Made by a program: the position numbers and the translations under genes. From the NCBI GenBank assembly GCA_000634515.1, contig JFNU01000169.1:12395-76394 (forward strand): DNA of 64,000 bases, in the 5' to 3' direction. Shown here piece after piece: positions 26,164-37,977 of the stretch. Positions within the stretch are counted from its first letter, which is position 1; every line of letters starts with the position of its first letter. Origin of the DNA: Prochlorococcus sp. scB245a_520K10. GTDB taxonomy: Bacteria; Cyanobacteriota; Cyanobacteriia; PCC-6307; Cyanobiaceae. The notes below the pieces were generated by a model that was not told the DNA's origin, made no database searches, and was given only the letters and a program-made list of their open reading frames with translations.

Positions 26164-29090
26164 GTTTAAAATCTGAAAACTCTAAAAAACCAATTTTACT
26201 TTTAGTCGATGGTCATTCACTTGCTTTTAGAAGCTTCTATGCATTTAGCAAAGGGATTGATGGAGGTTTAACAACCAAAGAGGGATTCCCAACAAGTGTG
26301 ACTTATGGATTTCTAAAAAGCCTTCTTGATAATTGCAAAAATATTAGTCCGGAGGGTGTTTGTATTACTTTTGATACCGAAAAACCTACTTTCAGACATG
26401 AATTAGATCCAAATTATAAGGCCAATAGAGATGTAGCACCAGATGTTTTTTTTCAGGATATTGAACAACTAGAAATCATTTTAGAAGAAAGCCTTAATTT
26501 ACCAATTTTTAAATCTCCTGGTTACGAAGCAGATGATCTCCTAGGCACAATTGCAAATGATGCTTCTTCTAAAGGATGGTGCGTGAATATTCTTTCTGGG
26601 GATCGGGACTTATTTCAATTAGTAGATGATCAAAAAGATATTTATGTACTTTATATGGGTGGTGGTCCATATGCAAAAAGTGGTAATCCAACTCTTATGA
26701 ATGAAAATCGAGTAAAAGAAAAATTAGGTGTTACGCCAGAAAGAGTAGTTGATCTTAAAGCTCTAACTGGTGATAGTTCTGATAATATTCCTGGTATTAA
26801 AGGGGTAGGTCCAAAAACTGCAATTAATCTACTGAAAGAAAACGATACACTTGATGGGATTTACTGGGCTTTAGACAAGATTCAGCATAACAATGATAAA
26901 AAATATAAAGGATTCATCAAAGGTTCGGTTATAGAAAAGCTCAGAAACGATAAGCATAATGCTTTTCTTTCCAGGGATTTAGCAAAAATAAATACTGAAG
27001 TGCCTTTGATATTAAGTGATGGTTATGAATTAAAAAATATAAATCAAGAACTTCTATCAGAGTCACTGCAAAAACTAGAATTATCAACACTACTTCGGCA
27101 AATTGATATTTTCAATTCAACTTTTAGTAAAGGTGGTTTTAACAAAAATAACGTGGCTAAAGAGGAGGAGAAAGATCCAAAGATCTCTAGTAAAAGTGAA
27201 TTAGAAAATAGTGAAAATAAAATCCCTAAAATCAAAGTAACTGTTGTAAATGATTTTGAATTACTTGATAAATTAATTAAAAGATTAGAAAAGACCAATG
27301 AGATAGTTTCTCTAGATACAGAGACTAATAGTTTAAATCCAATCGATGCGGAACTTGTTGGGATAGGACTATGTCTTGGAGAAGAAACTGATGATTTATT
27401 TTATATACCTCTTGGTCATCAAACAAAAAAAGAGACCCCCAATCAATTATCGATTGAAGATGTTTTCTCAAAACTAAGAACTTGGATACAAGATCCAAAA
27501 AAAGAAAAGGCACTCCAAAATTCTAAATTTGACAGGCAAATATTTTTTAATCACGGACTTGATCTTAAAGGCGTAACCTTTGACACCTTGTTAGCAGACT
27601 ATCTTCTAAATAATCAGGAGAAGCATGGGTTAAGTGAAATTAGTTTTAGATTATTTGGATTTAAGCCTCCTTCATTTAAGGAAACAGTTGGAAAAAATAA
27701 AGACTTTTCATTTGTTGATATTGATGAAGCTAGTATTTACTGCGGTTATGATGTATTTCTAACTTTTAAGATTGTCAAAATTTTTAAAGAAAGATTTTCA
27801 ACAGAAAAAAATGAATTAATTAAATTGTTCGAAGAAATCGAGCTCCCCTTAGAGCCGGTATTATCTCAAATGGAAATGAATGGAATAACCATCGACATCC
27901 CTTATTTAGATAAACTCTCAAAAGAACTAAAAAGTACCTTGGAAGATATTGAAAGTAAAGTTTATGAATTAGCAGAGGAGACTTTTAATCTGTCTTCGCC
28001 AAAACAACTTGGTGAGATCTTGTTTGAAAAATTAAATTTGGATAAGAAAAAATCACGGAAAACAAAAACAGGATGGAGTACAGATGCAGTAGTTCTTGAA
28101 AGATTAGTCGAAGAACATGAAATAATCCAACATTTAATAAAACACAGAACTCTTAGCAAATTACTTAGCACCTATATTGATGCTCTCCCAAATCTTATAA
28201 ACGAAAAGACAGGAAGAGTTCATACAAACTTTAATCAAGCTGCTACAGCGACTGGGAGACTAAGTAGTAGCAATCCTAATCTTCAAAATATCCCGGTTAG
28301 GACTGAATTTAGTAGAAGAATCAGAAAAGCATTCTTACCTGAAAAAAATTGGAAACTTTTATCAGCTGATTATTCTCAGATTGAATTAAGAATACTAGCT
28401 CACTTAGCGGATGAAGAAATACTAATTAATGCGTTTCATAAAAATGATGACATTCATTCTTTGACTGCAAGATTAATTTTCGAGAAAGAAGAAATATCAT
28501 CCGACGAAAGGAGAGTTGGGAAAACAATAAATTTTGGAGTTATCTATGGTATGGGTATAAAAAAGTTTGCCCGTTCCACAGGAGTAAGTACTCCAGAGGC
28601 AAAAGAATTCCTGATAAAATACAAAGAAAGATATTCAAAAATTTTCAAATTTCTTGAACTCCAAGAAAGGCTTGCCTTATCAAAAGGTTATGTAAAAACA
28701 ATTTTTGGTCGAAAAAGAGAATTTAAGTTTGATAAAAATGGACTTGGAAGATTAATAGGGAAAGATCCTTACGAAATTGACCTGCAATCTGCAAGAAGGG
28801 CTGGCATGGAAGCACAGTCACTAAGAGCCGCAGCTAATGCACCAATTCAGGGTTCAAGTGCAGACATTATTAAAATTGCAATGGTTCAACTAAATAAGAA
28901 ATTCATAGAAATGAATGTTCCCACAAAAATGCTTTTACAAGTACATGATGAATTATTGTTTGAAGTTGAACCAGATTCTTTGGAAATTACGACGAAATTA
29001 GTAAAGAAGACTATGGAAGATTGTGTAAAATTAAATGTGCCTCTTTTAGTTGATATTGGTATTGGAGACAATTGGATGGAGACAAAATAA
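26160..29090 (+). CDS. polA: DNA polymerase I
   Basis: LVDGHSLAFR, EADD, ATGRLSSSNPNLQN, DYSQIELR, QVHDELL. Confidence 0.98.
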   Translation: MSLKSENSKKPILLLVDGHSLAFRSFYAFSKGIDGGLTTKEGFPTSVTYGFLKSLLDNCKNISPEGVCITFDTEKPTFRHELDPNYKANRDVAPDVFFQDIEQLEIILEESLNLPIFKSPGYEADDLLGTIANDASSKGWCVNILSGDRDLFQLVDDQKDIYVLYMGGGPYAKSGNPTLMNENRVKEKLGVTPERVVDLKALTGDSSDNIPGIKGVGPKTAINLLKENDTLDGIYWALDKIQHNNDKKYKGFIKGSVIEKLRNDKHNAFLSRDLAKINTEVPLILSDGYELKNINQELLSESLQKLELSTLLRQIDIFNSTFSKGGFNKNNVAKEEEKDPKISSKSELENSENKIPKIKVTVVNDFELLDKLIKRLEKTNEIVSLDTETNSLNPIDAELVGIGLCLGEETDDLFYIPLGHQTKKETPNQLSIEDVFSKLRTWIQDPKKEKALQNSKFDRQIFFNHGLDLKGVTFDTLLADYLLNNQEKHGLSEISFRLFGFKPPSFKETVGKNKDFSFVDIDEASIYCGYDVFLTFKIVKIFKERFSTEKNELIKLFEEIELPLEPVLSQMEMNGITIDIPYLDKLSKELKSTLEDIESKVYELAEETFNLSSPKQLGEILFEKLNLDKKKSRKTKTGWSTDAVVLERLVEEHEIIQHLIKHRTLSKLLSTYIDALPNLINEKTGRVHTNFNQAATATGRLSSSNPNLQNIPVRTEFSRRIRKAFLPEKNWKLLSADYSQIELRILAHLADEEILINAFHKNDDIHSLTARLIFEKEEISSDERRVGKTINFGVIYGMGIKKFARSTGVSTPEAKEFLIKYKERYSKIFKFLELQERLALSKGYVKTIFGRKREFKFDKNGLGRLIGKDPYEIDLQSARRAGMEAQSLRAAANAPIQGSSADIIKIAMVQLNKKFIEMNVPTKMLLQVHDELLFEVEPDSLEITTKLVKKTMEDCVKLNVPLLVDIGIGDNWMETK

Positions 29091-29114
29091 ACCTTATGAA
29101 ATACTTAATTTAAG

Positions 29115-30584
29115 ATGATCAAACTTTTTAATACTTTAAGCAAAAGAGTTGAGGTTTTTAAGCCTATTGATGATGTAGTAAAAATTTATTGTTGTGGAGT
29201 AACTGTTTATGATTTATGTCATCTTGGGCATGCCAGAAGTTATATAGCCTGGGATGTATTGAGAAGATTTTTAATTTACAGTGATTTCAAAGTGAAGTAT
29301 GTTCAAAATTTTACAGATATTGATGACAAGATCTTAAAAAGAGCTAAAGAAGAAAGCAGTTCAATGAAGGAAGTATCTGAAAAAAATATTATTGAATTTC
29401 ATAAAGATATGGATTCTTTAGGAATAATGCGTCCGGATAGTATGCCAAGAGCAACGAATCATATATGCAATATCTGCTCCTTTATAACAATCCTTGAGGA
29501 CAAAGGTTATGCATACTCTAGGGATGGTGATGTTTATTATTCTGTTTTTAAAAATAAAAATTATGGAAAGCTAAGTAATCAAAATATACAAGAACAAAAT
29601 ATCAATCAGCAAGGAAGAATGACTAATGATGAAAATAGTAAAAAACTTAATCCGCAAGATTTTGCACTATGGAAAAAAGCCAAAGATGATGAACCATTTT
29701 TTGATTCGCCATGGGGTAAAGGTAGGCCAGGATGGCATATTGAATGTTCGGCTATGGTTAAAGATGAATTAGGAGATACTATTGATATCCATTTAGGTGG
29801 TTCTGATTTGATTTTTCCACATCATGAAAATGAAATCGCCCAATCAGAAGCAGCCAATGGCAAAAAGCTAGCGAACTATTGGTTACACAATGGGATGGTC
29901 AATGTAAATGGACAAAAGATGAGTAAATCCCTTAAAAATTTTAAAACTATCAGAGAGCTAATTAAGTCAGGTATAAGCCCTATGACTTTGCGATATTTTG
30001 TTATGACTGTGAATTATAGAAAACCACTTGATTTTACTGAAGAAGCTTTAAGGAGTGCTTCAGAAGCTTGGAAAAACATTAATGTGGCCCTTTCTTTTAT
30101 GGACCTTACAAAGGGTACTTTTAGATTTATTGATAAAAATGAATCTATAGAAGAAGAATATAAAGAGAAAATAAGTTTTCAATTATCTAAAAAAAAGCTT
30201 AAATTTTCTGAGGCTCTGGGAAATGACCTTAATACAGCAGGTGCTATTGCGATTATTTACGATTTAGCAAAACCATTAAAAAACTTTTTAAACCAATTTC
30301 AAAGGATCGAAGGTTTCAAAATAGACCTAAATGAAAAATTCTTTCTACTTGAGAATTTTAAAACTCTTGAAAAGTTGACTGAGGTACTTGGTCTTAAAAA
30401 AGAGGTTTTAGTAAAAGAAAGTAAAATAACAGAAGAAGAGATATCAACGCTTATTAATGAAAGATTGAAAGCAAAAAAGGAAAAGGATTATACGAAGGCC
30501 GATGAAATTAGGAATTTGTTAAAAGAAAAAGGTATTGAACTTATTGATCAATCAAAGGAAATAACAACATGGATAAGAATCTAA
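29115..30584 (+). CDS. cysS: Cysteine-tRNA ligase
   Basis: CGVTVYD, HLGH, GRPGWHIEC, KMSKS. Confidence 0.98.
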   Translation: MIKLFNTLSKRVEVFKPIDDVVKIYCCGVTVYDLCHLGHARSYIAWDVLRRFLIYSDFKVKYVQNFTDIDDKILKRAKEESSSMKEVSEKNIIEFHKDMDSLGIMRPDSMPRATNHICNICSFITILEDKGYAYSRDGDVYYSVFKNKNYGKLSNQNIQEQNINQQGRMTNDENSKKLNPQDFALWKKAKDDEPFFDSPWGKGRPGWHIECSAMVKDELGDTIDIHLGGSDLIFPHHENEIAQSEAANGKKLANYWLHNGMVNVNGQKMSKSLKNFKTIRELIKSGISPMTLRYFVMTVNYRKPLDFTEEALRSASEAWKNINVALSFMDLTKGTFRFIDKNESIEEEYKEKISFQLSKKKLKFSEALGNDLNTAGAIAIIYDLAKPLKNFLNQFQRIEGFKIDLNEKFFLLENFKTLEKLTEVLGLKKEVLVKESKITEEEISTLINERLKAKKEKDYTKADEIRNLLKEKGIELIDQSKEITTWIRI

Positions 30585-30666
30585 ATTTTAAGAAAAAAAC
30601 CAATTTGAAATTTTTGTTTTTTAAATACACCTTTAAATGGGAAGATATTAGAAATATCAGAGAAAA

Positions 30667-31896
30667 TTGAAATACATTACTGTGCTCGGTTCTACTGGTT
30701 CAATTGGGACTCAAACTCTCGAAATAGCTAGTGAGCAGCCTGATAAGTTTAAAGCCGTAGCTCTTTCGGCAGGAAGAAATATTAATTTATTAACAGAACA
30801 AGTTAAAACACATAAACCAGAAGTAGTTGCGATTGAGGATGAAAATCTCATAGAAGATTTAAAAGATAATATTAATAACTTAGGTTTGGATAGTGCTCCC
30901 TTGGTTTTGAGCGGAAAGGAGGGGATTAACGCTGTTGCAGCATGGGATAAGGCAGATACTGTGGTTACAGGGATAGTAGGATGTGCAGGCTTAATTCCAA
31001 CAATGTCAGCAATTAATGCGGGGAAAAATATTGCTCTTGCTAACAAAGAAACTTTAATTGCGGCAGGGCCAATTGTTATTCCTGCATTAAAGAAAAATAA
31101 TAGTAGGCTTTTACCTGCTGATTCAGAACACTCTGCTATCTTTCAATGTTTACAAGGATTACCCAATTATGAAAATGCAGATTTTTCTACAGGAGAGATA
31201 CCTAAAGGTTTAAAAGCCATACATTTAACAGCTTCTGGTGGTGCTTTCAGAGATTGGGCCGTTGAGGATCTAAAGCATGTCACAGTGGAAGATGCAACTT
31301 CACATCCTAATTGGGATATGGGAAAAAAAATAACTGTTGATTCTGCAACTCTTATGAATAAAGGATTAGAAGTTATAGAAGCTCATTATTTATTTGGTAC
31401 CTCTTACGAAAATATCGAAATAGTTATCCACCCTCAAAGTATTATTCATTCAATGATTGAGATGGAAGATTCTTCAGTATTAGCTCAATTAGGTTGGCCA
31501 GATATGAAACTACCTATTTTATATGCGATGAGTTGGCCTGAAAGATTTAAAACAAATTGGAAAAGATTAAACCTAAGTGAAATTGGGAAATTAACTTTTA
31601 AAGAGCCAGACGAGTTTAAATATCCATGCATGGGACTCGCCTATGCCGCAGGAAAATCTTCTGGGACTATGCCTGCAGTGTTAAATGCTGCAAATGAAAT
31701 GGCTGTTGAACAATTTCTTAAAGAAAAAATTTCTTTTCAAGAAATTCCAACATTTATAAGTAAAGCTTGTGAATCACATATGGAGAATTTGAATTTGAGT
31801 CCAGAATTGGAGGATATTCTTGAAGTGGATAATTGGGCCAGACTTTTTGTCAAGCAAGAAATCAAAAAAGGGAAAAAATATGTAAGTATTGGGTAA
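30667..31896 (+). CDS. dxr: 1-deoxy-D-xylulose-5-phosphate reductoisomerase
   Basis: [32 protein letters not shown]. Confidence 0.98.
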   Translation: MKYITVLGSTGSIGTQTLEIASEQPDKFKAVALSAGRNINLLTEQVKTHKPEVVAIEDENLIEDLKDNINNLGLDSAPLVLSGKEGINAVAAWDKADTVVTGIVGCAGLIPTMSAINAGKNIALANKETLIAAGPIVIPALKKNNSRLLPADSEHSAIFQCLQGLPNYENADFSTGEIPKGLKAIHLTASGGAFRDWAVEDLKHVTVEDATSHPNWDMGKKITVDSATLMNKGLEVIEAHYLFGTSYENIEIVIHPQSIIHSMIEMEDSSVLAQLGWPDMKLPILYAMSWPERFKTNWKRLNLSEIGKLTFKEPDEFKYPCMGLAYAAGKSSGTMPAVLNAANEMAVEQFLKEKISFQEIPTFISKACESHMENLNLSPELEDILEVDNWARLFVKQEIKKGKKYVSIG

Positions 31897-32033
31897 AAGC
31901 GAATATTAAAAAGATTAAATTAATTATGAAATATTCTTTCAATAGAAATCTAAGAAGAAGAACTACCAATCAAATTTTTTGCAAACAAAGATTTTTTGCT
32001 GTTAATTTTAATTTCTTTTTTAAGACTTAAACA

Positions 32034-32372
32034 TTAAGGCATTTGATCCCTATCAAGAGATTGTAGAATAGCATTTTCTTCAGGGGATAATTTAATATCA
32101 ACTTCTGATTGATTTAAATTTTTATCCCTTCTGAAATAAAGAATTATAAGATTACCAATTTGTCCTTGATAATAATGTTCCCATCCATATCGGCCATAAA
32201 TATTTAACAGGTCCTGAATTTGCAAAGATAAATTTCTATTGATTTTTTTAATTGAATCTTTAAACTCATTTTCTAAAAATTCTTTACTTACTCCTAATGC
32301 TCGCGCATTAGATTCATTTACTTTAGGTGGAGGGGTAGAGTTTATATTTAACCCGATAACTCTAAATTCCAA
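32034..32372 (-). CDS. Hypothetical protein
   Basis: 112-aa ORF, LNIYGRYGWE motif (DUF4177-like); start uncertain. Confidence 0.55.
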   Translation of the reverse strand: MEFRVIGLNINSTPPPKVNESNARALGVSKEFLENEFKDSIKKINRNLSLQIQDLLNIYGRYGWEHYYQGQIGNLIILYFRRDKNLNQSEVDIKLSPEENAILQSLDRDQMP

Positions 32373-32528
32373 AATAAAATTGTTAAATTACTTACGTTCT
32401 TATTGTAGAAAAACAGTTAATTAATAAAAAGCAAAGAGGTCTATTTACTATTTGTCATAGAAGTAATAGCTTAATTTTTATACAATGTTTAATATTCACT
32501 AATTCTAAAATGGTAAAGGATTTTAAAT

Positions 32529-32879
32529 ATGGCAGACAGTATTCAAAAACACCTTTTACTATGTGCGACACCCACTAAACAGAAATGCTTTAAAGGCAAT
32601 GAAGGTGAAAAGGCATGGCAATGCTTGAAAAAAACTATAAAAAAATTTGAGAATAATCCTGCTTCAAAAAATATTCATATACTTAGATCAAAAGCTGACT
32701 GTTTAAGAATATGTAAAAACGGTCCAATTCTACTTGTTTGGCCTGATGGTATCTGGTACGAAAAAGTTTCTCCTGAACGAATTTCAGAAATTTTCTACTC
32801 ACATATTATTAATGGTAAACCAATAGAAAGGTGGATTTTTAAAATAACACCATTTTCAGATAGTCCTAGATACTCATAA
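32529..32879 (+). CDS. Thioredoxin-like [2Fe-2S] ferredoxin
   Basis: HLLLCA...CLRICKNGPILLVWPDGIWY. Confidence 0.88.
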   Translation: MADSIQKHLLLCATPTKQKCFKGNEGEKAWQCLKKTIKKFENNPASKNIHILRSKADCLRICKNGPILLVWPDGIWYEKVSPERISEIFYSHIINGKPIERWIFKITPFSDSPRYS

Positions 32880-33954
32880 ACCAATTATTTACGGCTTCGT
32901 CTGACCAGCAGCCATAAATAGAGTGGAAACCATTATGTCCTCCTTTTTTAGTTATTAAAATAGTAAATTTATCTATAACTTCTTTACTTAAAACCGATGT
33001 TGGCTTATGTGGAACCCAGGGATCATCCTTTGCATGAATAAACAATGTTGAAGGTAGCTTTTTTATTGATTTATGGATTCTGAATATTGGAGAAGATTTA
33101 ATATAGTAATCTTCTAAAGACTTAAATCCCCAACTAGGAGCTGTAAACTTTTCATCAAATTCTCTTATAGTTTTTAATCCTATAATATTTTTTCTTAATT
33201 TCTCGTTATTAAGAATTTTGCCTTCATCATGAAATCCATCCCATAACTGATTTTTTAATCGGTGAAGTAACCATTTTTGATAGAAAGAATTTCTAGGTTT
33301 TTCAATACAGAGACTACATGATGACAAATCTAAAGGACTACTTACACATGCCAAGCCATCTAAAAGTATTTCTCCATTCTTTTCTTCGTAATCTAAGCAT
33401 GCATTTAAAAGAATTGTTCCGCCTAAAGATAATCCAACCCCGTATATTGGAAGATTATTTTTTACGTTAATAAGATCTTTAAACTCTAAATTTATTAATT
33501 TTTTAAAATAATTAATTGCTGAAATAACATCACTAGAGCATCTCGCACAATAATTCCCTTTAGCTAAATATCTTGCAGGACCAGCACCTCTTAGATTTAA
33601 TTTAAGAACTCCAAAACCATTTTTTGCTAATTTTCTAGAGATTCTTCTTAAACCAAAACGCCTAGTTGAGCCCCCTAACCCATGCGTAACGATAACAAAA
33701 CCCTTAAGAGTATTTAATTTATCTGGTAATTCTAAAAATCCTAAAAGATAATCGCATTCAAAATATTCAGACAGAATTTTATTAATTGGAAATAATATTT
33801 TTTTATTTTTTTTTGATTTATCAAAATCAATCACAAAGGTATCTCTCAAAGTTTGTAAGTCACCACCTATCCAAGGGAAGACCTCCAGAAAAGGCTTATT
33901 TTTTAAGTAATCTGTAAAAAGAGAGGATTTAGTATTATTTTTCTCCAACTCCAA
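32866..33954 (-). CDS. YheT-family alpha/beta hydrolase
   Basis: HGLGGS, GLSLGG, DDPWV, GGHNGF. Confidence 0.88.
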   Translation of the reverse strand: MELEKNNTKSSLFTDYLKNKPFLEVFPWIGGDLQTLRDTFVIDFDKSKKNKKILFPINKILSEYFECDYLLGFLELPDKLNTLKGFVIVTHGLGGSTRRFGLRRISRKLAKNGFGVLKLNLRGAGPARYLAKGNYCARCSSDVISAINYFKKLINLEFKDLINVKNNLPIYGVGLSLGGTILLNACLDYEEKNGEILLDGLACVSSPLDLSSCSLCIEKPRNSFYQKWLLHRLKNQLWDGFHDEGKILNNEKLRKNIIGLKTIREFDEKFTAPSWGFKSLEDYYIKSSPIFRIHKSIKKLPSTLFIHAKDDPWVPHKPTSVLSKEVIDKFTILITKKGGHNGFHSIYGCWSDEAVNNWFMSI

Positions 33955-35374
33955 GATCCTTTAATTCTCCAATAAGATCATTCAAGACCTTTTTGGCATC
34001 TCCAAATACCATCGAGGTATTGGGAAGATCAAACAAATCATTTTTAATTCCGGAGTAACCTGCACTCATACCTCGTTTAATTACAAATACAGTTCTTGCT
34101 TCTTGAACATCAAGAACTGGCATGCCATATAAAGGTGAGGAACTATCATTTTTTGCCTGAGGATTCACTACATCATTTGCACCTAAAACCAAAACAACAT
34201 CCGTTGCTGGAAAATCAGGATTTACAACATCCATTTCTTTAAGTTGTTCGTAAGGAACATCTGCTTCTGCTAAAAGAACATTCATATGTCCAGGCATCCT
34301 CCCCGCGACAGGATGTATCGCATAAACAACTTCAATACCATTTTGCTCTAGTTTTTTTGTCACTTCCCTTAATGTATGTTGGGCCTGAGCCACTGCAAGT
34401 CCATAGCCAGGAACAATTATTACCTTGTTGGCAGCCTCTAAAGTCAATGCACATTCTTCAACACTACAAGAAGTTATATTGGTATATTCTCCTGATCCAG
34501 AAGAGGTCGTGCTTTGTGCAGATAAAGATCCTCCAAAAAGGACTGAAACCAATGATCTATTCATCCCCTTGCACATTACTTGAGTAAGAATTAGACCTGC
34601 TGCTCCAACCATTGCACCTGCCACTATCAAAAGCTGACTATCAACAACAAAACCTGCTGCTGCTGCTGCAATTCCTGAGTAGCTATTTAATAAAGATATA
34701 ACAACTGGCATATCGGCTCCGCCAATTGGCAAAGTAACTCCAATTCCTAATAGAGAAGAAACTACAACTAAAAGCCAAATAGAACTTGTATTACCGTTAA
34801 TTAGATCGAAAAAAGCTATCAAGGAAGCAACAGCAAAAACAATATTTACAAAATGTCTACCTTTACTCTGAGTCCATCCTGGAGTTGACAACCAACCCTG
34901 TAACTTTGCCATAGCAACAATCGAACCAGTGAAAGTAATGGCACCTACAAATATAGAAACAGATATAGAAACTTCGTTAATAAGTGACTTGAAGAAATCA
35001 ACATTTTCTAAACTATTTGATATTGGGAAAATAGCTACTCCTAAAGCCACTAAAAGTGATGACATTCCTCCACAACCATTAAACAATGCAACTGTTTCAG
35101 GCATAGAAGTCATTGGTACTTTCTTTGCAAGGATTGCTCCAAGCAAACTACCTATTATTGATCCAATTATTATCCAAATCCAAGACTGAATAGTAACTCC
35201 AGAAGTCCCCAAATAAAAGGATAGTAATCCTATTACAGATAGCGACATTGCAAACGCAGCTAATCGATTGGCATCTCTTGCTGATTTCACTTTTGATAAC
35301 CCTTTTATTCCCAAAGCCAGTAAAAGTACAGCGAGAAGGTCAATAATGAATTTAATGATTACGGGTAGATTCAT
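33935..35374 (-). CDS. pntB: NAD(P) transhydrogenase beta subunit
   Basis: IGGADMPVVISLLNSYSG, HPVAGRMPGHMNVLLAEA. Confidence 0.98.
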   Translation of the reverse strand: MNLPVIIKFIIDLLAVLLLALGIKGLSKVKSARDANRLAAFAMSLSVIGLLSFYLGTSGVTIQSWIWIIIGSIIGSLLGAILAKKVPMTSMPETVALFNGCGGMSSLLVALGVAIFPISNSLENVDFFKSLINEVSISVSIFVGAITFTGSIVAMAKLQGWLSTPGWTQSKGRHFVNIVFAVASLIAFFDLINGNTSSIWLLVVVSSLLGIGVTLPIGGADMPVVISLLNSYSGIAAAAAGFVVDSQLLIVAGAMVGAAGLILTQVMCKGMNRSLVSVLFGGSLSAQSTTSSGSGEYTNITSCSVEECALTLEAANKVIIVPGYGLAVAQAQHTLREVTKKLEQNGIEVVYAIHPVAGRMPGHMNVLLAEADVPYEQLKEMDVVNPDFPATDVVLVLGANDVVNPQAKNDSSSPLYGMPVLDVQEARTVFVIKRGMSAGYSGIKNDLFDLPNTSMVFGDAKKVLNDLIGELKDLGVGEK

Positions 35375-35382
35375 GCTAAAAA

Positions 35383-35676
35383 TTACTTCTTATTTGATGG
35401 TTTACGGCTAAACATTGCTAGCATTCGATCAGTTACAAAGAACCCTCCCACAACGTTGAAAAGAGCAAATCCGAGAGAAACTGAACCAATAATTAAAAGT
35501 GGTAAGTTACCGTCAGCTTTAACAATTAGAGTCAATGCTGCTAGCATTGTTATTCCTGAAATTGCATTAGCTCCACTCATTAGAGGAGTATGTAGAGTTG
35601 GAGGGACTTTTCCAATTAACTCAAGGCCTAATAAACTCCCTAGTAATAGGACCCACAAAAGACTTATAAAAGACAT
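35383..35676 (-). CDS. pntA2: NAD(P) transhydrogenase alpha subunit, membrane part
   Basis: LHTPLMSGANAISG, VTDRMLAMF. Confidence 0.95.
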   Translation of the reverse strand: MSFISLLWVLLLGSLLGLELIGKVPPTLHTPLMSGANAISGITMLAALTLIVKADGNLPLLIIGSVSLGFALFNVVGGFFVTDRMLAMFSRKPSNKK

Positions 35677-35688
35677 AATTTTAAAACC

Positions 35689-36819
35689 TCAATTTTCAAA
35701 AACTTTTTTTTGAAGAATAATTCCTTCATCGCTTAATAAACATCCAGAAATGAGTTCATCCTCTTTATCTAATTTAATTACACCATCTTTTATAAAGGGT
35801 GTAATCAAAGATGTTAAGTTCTTAGCATAAAGTGAACTAGCATCATAAGGAACTGATGAAGGTAATTCACCAGCCCCTATAAGCTTTACGCCATCTTTGA
35901 TAATAGTTTCATTTGATTTTGTTCCTTCACAATTACCTCCTTGCAAAACTGCCAAATCAATCACTACCGAACCAGGTCTCATTTTTTCAAGCATTGGAGT
36001 ATCTATTAAAACAGGTGCCTTTTTACCCAAAACTTGTGCGGTACAAATAGCAACATCAGCTTCAGATAAATATTTAGTTAAAGTAGCCTTCTGTTTTAAA
36101 AGGAATTCAGGAGTTACAGCTTTCGCATAACCTCCAGCCTCTCCAGGTTTTTCGTCAACTTCAGGAAGCTCTATAAATCTTGCTCCAAGTGACTCTACTT
36201 GTTCTTTAACAGCAGGTCTTATATCGGATACAAAAACTATTGCACCGAGCCTTTTTGCTGTAGCGACTGCCTGTAAACCTGCTACCCCTCCTCCAAGAAC
36301 AACAACTTTAGCCGGTTGAACCGTACCTGCTGCAGTCATAAGCATAGGGAAATATCTATCTAATTCACTTGCAGCTAAAAGAACAGCTTTGTAACCAGCG
36401 ATATTGGCTTGTGAAGAAAGAACATCGGAAGATTGAGCCCTACTAATTCTTGGAAGCAACTCTAGAGATAAAGCTGAAATCTTATTACTATTAATAATCT
36501 TTAGAAGATCCTTGTTACCATATGGATTAAGAAGACCAATGAGAATAGCGCCTTTTTTTAATTTAATTAAATTATCCTCAGATGGGGTTTGAACACAAAA
36601 TATTATGTCGGCTTCAGTCCAAATGTTTTGATCTAAATCACTAATTATTGTTCCCCCCGACTTTTCATAAGATACGTCACTAAACCCTGATAATTTTCCT
36701 GCTGCACTTTCAATATAAACATCACAACCAAGGCTTTTTAATTTCTTTACCACTTCTGGAGAAGCTGAAACTCTCCTTTCTCCAGGGCTTGTTTCGGAAG
36801 GAATAAGTATCTTTGTCAA
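35689..36819 (-). CDS. pntA: NAD(P) transhydrogenase alpha subunit, NAD-binding part
   Basis: GERRV, SQANIAGYKAV, GGGVAGLQA. Confidence 0.97.
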   Translation of the reverse strand: MTKILIPSETSPGERRVSASPEVVKKLKSLGCDVYIESAAGKLSGFSDVSYEKSGGTIISDLDQNIWTEADIIFCVQTPSEDNLIKLKKGAILIGLLNPYGNKDLLKIINSNKISALSLELLPRISRAQSSDVLSSQANIAGYKAVLLAASELDRYFPMLMTAAGTVQPAKVVVLGGGVAGLQAVATAKRLGAIVFVSDIRPAVKEQVESLGARFIELPEVDEKPGEAGGYAKAVTPEFLLKQKATLTKYLSEADVAICTAQVLGKKAPVLIDTPMLEKMRPGSVVIDLAVLQGGNCEGTKSNETIIKDGVKLIGAGELPSSVPYDASSLYAKNLTSLITPFIKDGVIKLDKEDELISGCLLSDEGIILQKKVFEN

Positions 36820-36945
36820 TTTATTTATTTTTTAGACATACTAAATATAAATTGAAGATAGTCAAAAGTCTTGGATTTTTGTTAAAAATATATTTTCTTT
36901 TCTGTAAAAAATAGCTATCTAGAATATAGAAGCACTAATAATCCA

Positions 36946-37524
36946 ATGAGTATAAAAGCAATCGAATGTCCAGATGGAGTATGTCACAGCCATCATGGTG
37001 GTCATGCTGTCCCAAGACAAACTATGCAAAAAAATCTAGAAAAGCATGGTAAAGACTGGTGTGAGAAATTAGCAGAGAGAATTTATGAAATGTCAGTTGA
37101 TACTTTCTCACAAACAGTCATGCCCAGTCTCCACTCCGCTGGTTGGCAAAGAAGACATTTAGATTGGGAATTCAAACTGGCAGAAAATGATTCCGAACCT
37201 GATGAAGCTTTAGTAGAAGGAATTATCAACGCCACAGAAAGCTTTTTAAGGAGTAGTGAAGTACATCGATTATTTATTCAGGAATTAGTACAAGGTACAT
37301 TTGAAGAAGCAAATGATAAAAAGATAATTTCTAAAGCAATAAAATCTATTATTGAGGAGGAAATTGTTAGCTCACTAAGAGAGAAAAAAGAAACTCTTTT
37401 GAGAAAAATATCCGCAAAATTAATATTAGAAGAAAAAGTTAGCGAGGAACTTGCAATAAATTCAGCCAAAGAGGGTTTTGACGAAGTCGAAAGACTACTT
37501 GCAAATCATAGCGAGGCAGTTTAA
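36946..37524 (+). CDS. Conserved picocyanobacterial protein
   Basis: ECPDGVCHSHHGGHA N-terminus; sits in the conserved core gene block. Confidence 0.8.
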   Translation: MSIKAIECPDGVCHSHHGGHAVPRQTMQKNLEKHGKDWCEKLAERIYEMSVDTFSQTVMPSLHSAGWQRRHLDWEFKLAENDSEPDEALVEGIINATESFLRSSEVHRLFIQELVQGTFEEANDKKIISKAIKSIIEEEIVSSLREKKETLLRKISAKLILEEKVSEELAINSAKEGFDEVERLLANHSEAV

Positions 37525-37678
37525 CCAGATTTCTTTACATTTTCTTTATAATTCATCGAAAAATTAGCTCAAATATAAATTAAAAGTTAAATTATTGTTT
37601 GGAAGTACAAAGTTGTAACTTATTAGACAATACTTATACCTTTTCGTGTGTTTATGTATATGAAACTTCTAAGTTTAA

Positions 37679-37903
37679 ATGGACAATTTGGTTAGAAAAA
37701 GGATCGACATAGCCACCTGTTGGGCTACCAACAGAATTTCTGCAATGGATACACTTGAAAGATATGAGGACAGTTATGCAATCGCAGAAGAATTTAGAGA
37801 GTGGATATTACATATTGGAGAAAAGAACGAAAATTTAAAAGATTCTGTTTTAAACTTCCCAAAAGAATTAAAAAAATTATTAGACCAGAAAGTAAACGAT
37901 TAA
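37679..37903 (+). CDS. Conserved small hypothetical protein
   Basis: ATCWATNRI..D..ERYEDSYAIAEEFREWI. Confidence 0.75.
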   Translation: MDNLVRKRIDIATCWATNRISAMDTLERYEDSYAIAEEFREWILHIGEKNENLKDSVLNFPKELKKLLDQKVND

Positions 37904-37977
37904 ATATATATCGAGTGAAATCCGTCCTACATTATTTGGGTTTCTTGTTTATTATAGGTAGTGAAATTAGCAAATAA